64,000 bases of DNA from positions 118,990 to 182,989 of the IMG/VR virus record IMGVR_UViG_3300033146_003879. The stretch is one strand, 5' to 3'. The position numbers were made by a program, and so were the translations under genes. Every line of letters starts with the position of its first letter. The first letter of the stretch is position 1. Under the pieces are notes generated by a model, which worked only from the letters and a program-made list of their open reading frames with translations, ran no database searches and had not been told where the DNA came from. Origin of the DNA: a virus. Taxonomy: Duplodnaviria > Heunggongvirae > Uroviricota > Caudoviricetes. Positions 58,225 through 64,000 of this stretch are shown here, piece after piece.

Positions 58225-59322
58225 TTACTTATTAGACTTACGTCTATTACAGCTCTTACAAAGCACCTGGCAGTTAGCGGAGATGGTTTTCCCACCTTCG
58301 CTCCACGGTGTAATGTGGTCAGCCTCCATGTCCTCTATGATAAACTTCTTCTTGCACATAGAACATTTCTTTTTCTGTTTCTCATACACAGCTATTTTCA
58401 TAGCAGGTGTGAACGCACGGATTGATAAGTAGCGCTCATCTCCGGTAAGAACGTAGGAGTACATGCCGCGTTTTGCTGTGACGTCATCATCAAGTATTAG
58501 TCTAGCGATCTCGACTTCGAGGGCATCGGTGTCATAGGTGTTATCCTTGAACGCATTGTACAGGTAGCCCCACTCAACACCCTTCATGAATTTTGTTCTG
58601 CCCTTATTGTATTTCACTGGAAAAGTATCCTCTACCCATGTCACTACCGATTGAAAATACCTCCACAGTGCTCCTGCGTTTTGTTCTCCTTGGTGTTTTG
58701 CCATGTACGCTTCGATATTATCATCCGATATCCATCGAATCGCAGTCTCGAGATAATCTTGCCGAATAGCGGATCCAGTCAGGTACACACTTCCGATACG
58801 GTGTGCTGTGCACCCGGTCTTGCTGAAGCGCGCTTTAGCAGCAGTTACCCACGGCCCAGAATAAACAGCGTTGCGCAACTCTTGATCAGTAAGCTTCATA
58901 CCTGAGATATTAACCGTTTTAAACCACTCAAGCTTGTCGCTGTCCCCACCCTCACAGAAGTACACCATTAACTCGTAATTAAGAACCTCTTCTTTCTTAT
59001 CGGATGGGAGGTTGCTAAACAACATACCCTCAACAGAGAAGTCATCGTTAACATACTGGCATATAGACAACGTGCGCTGCTGACCATCTATTATCTCGAA
59101 TGATTCTTCTGAATTCACTGCCCAGTAGATAGCACTGAGCGGGAACCCTTTCATAACAGTGTCAATAACAGCAGCGCGCTGCTTATCATTATACACAAAC
59201 TCTCTCTGATAAGGAGGCCTGATGTCAAGTTTTCCATCTAACCCAACAACACCCCCTTCGTCAGCATCCTTGAATCCATGAACAACATCTCTTACTGTAA
59301 CTCTTTTTAATTCAACTCGCAC
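58225..59322 (-). CDS. DUF262 (ParB-like, DGQQR) + HNH nuclease fusion, GmrSD / type-IV-restriction-like
   Basis: N-terminal EIIDGQQRTLSI. C-terminal CSMCKKKF...ADHITPWSEGGKT...NCQVLCKSCNRRKSN (HNH). Confidence 0.65.
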   Translation of the reverse strand: MRVELKRVTVRDVVHGFKDADEGGVVGLDGKLDIRPPYQREFVYNDKQRAAVIDTVMKGFPLSAIYWAVNSEESFEIIDGQQRTLSICQYVNDDFSVEGMLFSNLPSDKKEEVLNYELMVYFCEGGDSDKLEWFKTVNISGMKLTDQELRNAVYSGPWVTAAKARFSKTGCTAHRIGSVYLTGSAIRQDYLETAIRWISDDNIEAYMAKHQGEQNAGALWRYFQSVVTWVEDTFPVKYNKGRTKFMKGVEWGYLYNAFKDNTYDTDALEVEIARLILDDDVTAKRGMYSYVLTGDERYLSIRAFTPAMKIAVYEKQKKKCSMCKKKFIIEDMEADHITPWSEGGKTISANCQVLCKSCNRRKSNK

Positions 59323-60415
59323 TTGATTCTCCTTTTCTTCTTATTAAAACTCTAGCGTACGGGACAACTACTACCTCTTCTGAGACCATATACAAGTCTC
59401 CGTCCACCGCTCCTCTTTTTTGAACATCCCTACGGTACTCCCTGTGCTCTACCGTATAGGGGCGTACCCCTATTTCCGTACCAGATCCTGCTATCCCTAA
59501 CCCAATAACCTCAAATTGTTCAGGATTATACTTAGATAGGAACGTCACAGGGACACCCATGACACCGTCATAGTCCTCTGGTATGTCAGAAACCTTGTCG
59601 ATATTTATAGCATCGTAGTTATAATATCTTGTATACAGCAGAGGATCATATTTACGGTACATTAATAGGTCTACGTGCCTCTTTGTAATATCCAGGTTTG
59701 TAAACCAGCAAATGTTTCCAAACTTTCGTAATTCGTAATCTGAACCGCCTCTCTCCCGCGCACCGCCAACAGGAGAACGGAAACTCATAGCACCACTTCT
59801 ATACCCTAACCATACTCTGTCTTCCTTTATTAATGCAAATATCGCTTTATACGTCAACGCATTCATGTTACCTATAATCAGGAACTGTTTGTTATTTGAA
59901 ACAAGCGCATGCATGAACTCTCTGAACAAAGAGAATGGAGGATTTGTAACAACTACGTCAGCCTCACGCATTAAAGCTAAGCACTCTTCACTGCGAAAAT
60001 CACCATCACCAGCAAGAGCGGTAGCCACATTACCATCATGCAGTAACAGGTGTTCGACGTCAAATATGTTTACCGACCCGTCACCGGTGTAATCGCGTAC
60101 CTCTGTGATCTCAATCTTTATAGGTGCTCCCCGGTCACTCTCTGCTATACCTTGCATATCGCTAATAGAAACCTGATCCCCGATTATAGGAGAGCTGACG
60201 TAACTTGTAGCTATAAGCTTCTTCAGCCCGAGTATATTAAATTGCATAGCGAAGTACTTGAAAAAGTTACTCTCGAAAGGGTCGTCTGCATTACAGTACA
60301 CAGTTTTCCCTCTAAAGTAATGCTTATAGTGCTTTAGCTCCTTCTCAATATCTGATAACTGAGTGTAGAACTCGTCATTCTTATTCTGCTTCGCATTCCG
60401 TAAACTAGCGTTTGC
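59312..60415 (-). CDS. N6-adenine DNA methyltransferase (NPPF motif IV)
   Basis: NDEFYTQ near the N-terminus. VVVTNPPFS. Size and layout fit gamma-class adenine MTases. Confidence 0.65.
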   Translation of the reverse strand, partial: ANASLRNAKQNKNDEFYTQLSDIEKELKHYKHYFRGKTVYCNADDPFESNFFKYFAMQFNILGLKKLIATSYVSSPIIGDQVSISDMQGIAESDRGAPIKIEITEVRDYTGDGSVNIFDVEHLLLHDGNVATALAGDGDFRSEECLALMREADVVVTNPPFSLFREFMHALVSNNKQFLIIGNMNALTYKAIFALIKEDRVWLGYRSGAMSFRSPVGGARERGGSDYELRKFGNICWFTNLDITKRHVDLLMYRKYDPLLYTRYYNYDAINIDKVSDIPEDYDGVMGVPVTFLSKYNPEQFEVIGLGIAGSGTEIGVRPYTVEHREYRRDVQKRGAVDGDLYMVSEEVVVVPYARVLIRRKGESSAS

Positions 60416-60462
60416 CATAATTAACACATCCTCAATAAAATGTTGTATAAGATACCATCCAC

Positions 60463-60478
60463 TATCTTATACCACAAA
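60463..60478 (-). promoter_or_regulatory. recurrent promoter-like motif, copy 14
   Basis: cttataccacaaacaac, 35 nt upstream of the MTase start. Confidence 0.45.
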
Positions 60479-60499
60479 CAACACTCAGTTGCACTACAC

Positions 60500-60868
60500 C
60501 TATCTTTTACCATCACCGCGTTTCTCTCGACGCCTGCGAGCTTTCTCTAACGCGTCATACCGCAAGTGATCTAGCTGGCACATAGCACGCAGCCTATCAT
60601 CAGCAACCTCTTCATTCTCTTCATCATGATCAAGGTGAGCAACAGTAAGCACCACCTTCACATCTTTCCCTTTGTCCCAAATATCATTGTCAATGTGAAG
60701 CTTATAGTGCATTGGTAACCACTGTCTAAATCCATCAGTCCCAATAACGCTGCGTACGGTATCCCCGTTCTCTAGCCCGCAAACTTCGCATCTATTGTTT
60801 GCGCGTTCCAGTATGCGTGCTCTTGTTTCCTTCCAGTCTTTTGGGTACCTATTGTAGTCAATTGGCAT
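60500..60868 (-). CDS. HNH endonuclease (start trimmed to MPIDYNRY)
   Basis: NRCEVCG ... VAHLDHDEENE ... LRAMCQLDH (C..C...H..H..N...C..H pattern). Confidence 0.6.
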   Translation of the reverse strand: MPIDYNRYPKDWKETRARILERANNRCEVCGLENGDTVRSVIGTDGFRQWLPMHYKLHIDNDIWDKGKDVKVVLTVAHLDHDEENEEVADDRLRAMCQLDHLRYDALEKARRRREKRGDGKR

Positions 60869-61469
60869 TCTTTCTGTCACTCCGGATGTGGTTGTACCAG
60901 GCCTCAATGATGTACGCGTCGTACAGTGAATTGTGTTTCTGCACCCCTCTCTCCTCGGCGTCGCCAAAGGTAGGTGTATGCAGGTCAACTACATCTTCCC
61001 GCGTGACATCGGGGTCGATGCCGGACATCTTCATAAGAGTAGCTATATCAAAGGGGATATAATATACTTGTTTCGGCAAGTTCGGGTAACCATTCTCGTA
61101 TGTTGCGAAGATCTTGTTGAATAACACCCAATCGTAAGCGAGGACATCGGACCACATCTCTACATCCTCTCCTGCTAGATCGTCACGCAGCCAGTACCCA
61201 AATGCATCACGTACTGTATCGGTATTTCCACACACTGTTGTGTGTACGCCATTCGTATGAACTCCTGAAGTGCCAACTCTTCCTAGAAGCGTAAGCTTAT
61301 CAAGTACGTTCTTTTGCAGCCAGTCATTTATATGGGACTTATCATAATCAGTGAACTCAGCGTAGAACGTGTGTCCTGTCTCCGATACGATACCTATAGA
61401 TATAGGCGTTGTGTCTTGTCTCAATCCAGTAAACTCCATATCAAAAAAAAGCTTAAGTCGCTCACTCAT
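60858..61469 (-). CDS. DnaQ-like DEDDh 3'-5' exonuclease
   Basis: Exo I LFFDMEFTGL. Exo III HNSLYDAYI. Start MSERLK after GGAGG. Confidence 0.7.
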   Translation of the reverse strand: MSERLKLFFDMEFTGLRQDTTPISIGIVSETGHTFYAEFTDYDKSHINDWLQKNVLDKLTLLGRVGTSGVHTNGVHTTVCGNTDTVRDAFGYWLRDDLAGEDVEMWSDVLAYDWVLFNKIFATYENGYPNLPKQVYYIPFDIATLMKMSGIDPDVTREDVVDLHTPTFGDAEERGVQKHNSLYDAYIIEAWYNHIRSDRKNAN

Positions 61470-61902
61470 TATCAAGTTCCTCCAAAGCAGACTCAAGCAC
61501 TCCTGTATAGACTTCTCCTGTAGCATTTCTCACAACAGTATAGGTAGCTGCATCTCGTGTGAACCGGATGGAACTGACGGTAACCTTGTGCCTCATCACA
61601 ATAGGAGGGTCACATGCTGCATCTACGTACACTAACTGCTGTACCTGGTTACCTACGCGAAACTTGTGAAGCAGTCCCCTACGAACAGGCGTGTCTCTGA
61701 CGTTTTCCACAGGAACAGAGTCGTGGGTTGTTTTTGGAGTACGAACGATATCCTCTTCTTTAAGTGTGCAGGTAGCTCCTGTATAATCAACTAGCTCGTA
61801 GAAGTTTGACACCCCGTCATAGACAATAAAGCATATTGTCCCTACGAAAGGTGAATACTGTTTTTGAACGACGTCATTAAATGAAAAAGAAGGTACATGC
61901 AT
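61462..61902 (-). CDS. hypothetical protein
   Basis: Start MHVPSF after GGAGG. Confidence 0.4.
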   Translation of the reverse strand: MHVPSFSFNDVVQKQYSPFVGTICFIVYDGVSNFYELVDYTGATCTLKEEDIVRTPKTTHDSVPVENVRDTPVRRGLLHKFRVGNQVQQLVYVDAACDPPIVMRHKVTVSSIRFTRDAATYTVVRNATGEVYTGVLESALEELDNE

Positions 61903-62008
61903 ATTACCTCCTCTCACCTCTTTACTTGCCGATTTACTCATGATTAACCTCCAAGGATCATTTACTGGCTGCAGGAGAGATTATTACATCTCCCCTGCAG
62001 TGTCAAGT

Positions 62009-62641
62009 TTATAGTGATGCTAACAACTCTTGGATATCGAACTTCGATATGTCGTTCTCACCAACCGCTTTAAGCTTCTCATTTTGCATCTCAGCGTAAG
62101 GAGCCTGAGCAATCGCCTCCTTCTCCGCTTCTTTTGCAGTAGCATACCACCCAACAGGATACCCGTCGACATATCCGCAGAATGGACGTTTAAATTGAAC
62201 ACCTTCGTAAATAACAGTTATGACTCTTCCGTCAACAACTCGACGTACCGCTGCCTTTGTATCACCATTACCATCTCTTGCATGTATAGCATCAGATAGC
62301 TTTCCAAATACACCCAGTGTGAGTCCTCTGCTAGAGGTTGAATTGGATAAAGCGGTAAAAGTGACGCTCCCATCTGCGTACGCTCTTTTATATATCCTCG
62401 GTGCTACCTTCTCTTTGTTAATTAGAGTACGATCTTTCTGATTAGCAACAATACAGTTATCTTCCGAATAGACACCTAATCGGCTCCTTCTACGTACAGT
62501 AGGTGAAACTATGCCCTTACTATTCTTGTTAAACCACTCCTCAAACACAGAGAAGTCTTCCCACTCCGAAGACACACCTACCCCATTCTTGAGCTGCCTC
62601 CAACGAAGTATTAGTTTCTTTCCCTTACCTTTCTTCTGCAT
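62009..62641 (-). CDS. hypothetical basic protein (DNA-binding?)
   Basis: Start MQKKGKGKK after GGAGG. Lys/Arg-rich N-terminus. Confidence 0.4.
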   Translation of the reverse strand: MQKKGKGKKLILRWRQLKNGVGVSSEWEDFSVFEEWFNKNSKGIVSPTVRRRSRLGVYSEDNCIVANQKDRTLINKEKVAPRIYKRAYADGSVTFTALSNSTSSRGLTLGVFGKLSDAIHARDGNGDTKAAVRRVVDGRVITVIYEGVQFKRPFCGYVDGYPVGWYATAKEAEKEAIAQAPYAEMQNEKLKAVGENDISKFDIQELLASL

Positions 62642-63062
62642 CGGGATCCTCCCCCATTGAAACAAATATCTCCCTGTCTATCTCAGCAACAAGATCAATT
62701 ATCGAGCCCCTATACTGAACAGCACGTTTCCGGAAATCAGACAACTCTTCATCAGGATCACGTTGAGGTATATTATCCGGGACATCACGGTCATAGGAAT
62801 CTGCCTCAAGTATTGACTCGACCCATTGATTGGCTATACGGAATGGATCTTCATGCATTCCGTCCCACACATAGAAGGAGTACAACGTGTCGGATTCTTC
62901 GGAAGGTACCGCCGGTAAGACACGGCCAAGGAGGTTATTAATCTCGCTTGTATACAGTGCCCCTTCTGGGCTGAGAAATCCTCCCATGTAGTTACTGTAG
63001 CCTCCGTCTACTGATAGCACTGCCCGCATGTCTTCTACGGACTTCATCTTAACAAATAGCAT
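62625..63062 (-). CDS. hypothetical acidic protein (145 aa)
   Basis: ORF. Confidence 0.4.
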   Translation of the reverse strand: MLFVKMKSVEDMRAVLSVDGGYSNYMGGFLSPEGALYTSEINNLLGRVLPAVPSEESDTLYSFYVWDGMHEDPFRIANQWVESILEADSYDRDVPDNIPQRDPDEELSDFRKRAVQYRGSIIDLVAEIDREIFVSMGEDPDAEER

Positions 63063-63572
63063 TTATTCCTCCGGGAATAGTTCACGAGCCGTGTTCTCAA
63101 GAATATGACACAGCTGGTCAGATAAGCCAAACCTTTTCTTGTTTATCTTGATAGACTCAAATATATTACCGTCAGCATGGCGTTCTGACGCAGCCTTCCA
63201 ATCGAAGAACATCTCAATGAGATCGAATAAGTCAAAGCCATCAACACCATTCTCGTAATGTTCCGGGTGGTGGCTGTTGTTCTCATAGTGGTGTTTAAGT
63301 GCAACACCTAGCCCTTTGAGTAACTCTGCATACTCAGGACTCCCATAAGTAGATCCTTTCAGCTTCGGTGTATATTCGTCGAACAACTCTTTCTCTTCCT
63401 TGCTCAACTTAGACAAGTCGTGATCGATACCACGTCTCCTTAACTCGGAAGAAGCTTCCTCGAGCAACTCTCTAACTCGGTTAATATGAGCTTCCGTGTC
63501 TCTCCTGCTATCATACTTCTTCATATCATTCTCCCATGATGTCTGCGAACATCGTGTCAACGATTGCTGCAA
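63063..63572 (-). CDS. HD-domain phosphohydrolase-like protein
   Basis: RRGIDHDLSKL (HD motif) followed by H-rich KHHYENNSHHPEHY. Confidence 0.5.
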   Translation of the reverse strand: MQQSLTRCSQTSWENDMKKYDSRRDTEAHINRVRELLEEASSELRRRGIDHDLSKLSKEEKELFDEYTPKLKGSTYGSPEYAELLKGLGVALKHHYENNSHHPEHYENGVDGFDLFDLIEMFFDWKAASERHADGNIFESIKINKKRFGLSDQLCHILENTARELFPEE

Positions 63573-63900
63573 ATAATTTATCCTTCATCTTTTCAGACTT
63601 AGGTAGTTTCCCGTATGGAACCATACTGGGGTGGGTCTTTGCTTCCGCGTCTTTTACCTTACCGTATACCCATCCTTCTTTCTCTTTTTTCTTAACCCAC
63701 TCCTCATGCAGTGCTTTAGCACTTACTTTCGGGTTATTAATCTTAAACTGAACACCTGCTATTGCTGATTTCCGCTGCCACTGAGGAGCTTTATCCCAAA
63801 CTACCTGAGATCGGTCACCCGTATACACACTGAACACTCTGTTTACTTCATGACATAACCTAGCTGCTTCTAACAATGCAGCGTCTGATACTACAACCAT
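63526..63900 (-). CDS. RyR-domain protein (phage ryanodine-receptor-like domain)
   Basis: HEEWVKKKEKEGWVYGKVKDAEAKTHPSMVPYGKLPKSEKMKDK fits the RyR-domain pattern HE.W...K..EGW.YG......K.HP.LVPY..L...EK..D. Confidence 0.5.
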   Translation of the reverse strand: MVVVSDAALLEAARLCHEVNRVFSVYTGDRSQVVWDKAPQWQRKSAIAGVQFKINNPKVSAKALHEEWVKKKEKEGWVYGKVKDAEAKTHPSMVPYGKLPKSEKMKDKLFAAIVDTMFADIMGE

Positions 63901-64000
63901 TACGCAATCCTCCGTCTATGTACTAAGTAATAACAGATACACGTTAGCAAATGTGGATTTTGAAGTCAAGTTATTTGCGAAATGCTTTTTGTTGCTCCTT

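Overview
The window reads as a contiguous piece of a large dsDNA phage or virus-like genome. No clearly bacterial housekeeping genes are present. Genes use strong Shine-Dalgarno sites (GGAGG) with ATG and some GTG starts.

The left ~20 kb is a structural block. It holds two giant ORFs of more than 1,500 aa each (4..4761 on +, truncated at the window edge; 12287..17101 on -). It also holds a tail-fibre-like gene with an internal domain duplication (17721..20115, +) and a run of unannotatable minus-strand virion-like genes. One 1.2-kb non-coding island in this block (5940..7180) is GC-rich and carries six palindromes.

From ~20 kb to the end almost everything is on the minus strand. This region reads as an accessory or early region with the following content:
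- three tandem paralogue families of small proteins, including a secreted lipoprotein with 39-bp tandem repeats;
- a phage-encoded tmRNA (24159..24499, -) whose acceptor stem shows the G3.U pair;
- a radical-SAM enzyme with viperin-like motifs, inside a five-gene cluster of unknowns;
- an inserted IS200/IS605 element carrying tnpA and tnpB;
- an Rnl2-family RNA ligase;
- an NAD-dependent DNA ligase (LigA), a GroES homologue, and a dATP/dGTP-pyrophosphohydrolase-like protein;
- an SPFH-domain lipoprotein, plus HD-domain and RyR-domain proteins;
- a DnaQ-like 3'-5' exonuclease and an HNH endonuclease;
- an adjacent pair of an N6-adenine methyltransferase and a DUF262(DGQQR)-HNH nuclease.

The most unusual feature is a 16-30 bp promoter-like motif (consensus catRTTCTTATACCACAGAAT) present in 14 copies. 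On the minus strand it reads as an extended -10 element (TGTGGTATAAG). Seven copies are followed by 300-1,200 nt GC-rich, ORF-poor, hairpin-rich segments, some closed by rho-independent terminators. These look like a family of promoter-driven structured non-coding RNAs or long leaders and are the best candidate for something undescribed here.

All functional calls rest on motifs I can read directly in the translated sequence. No database search was run.
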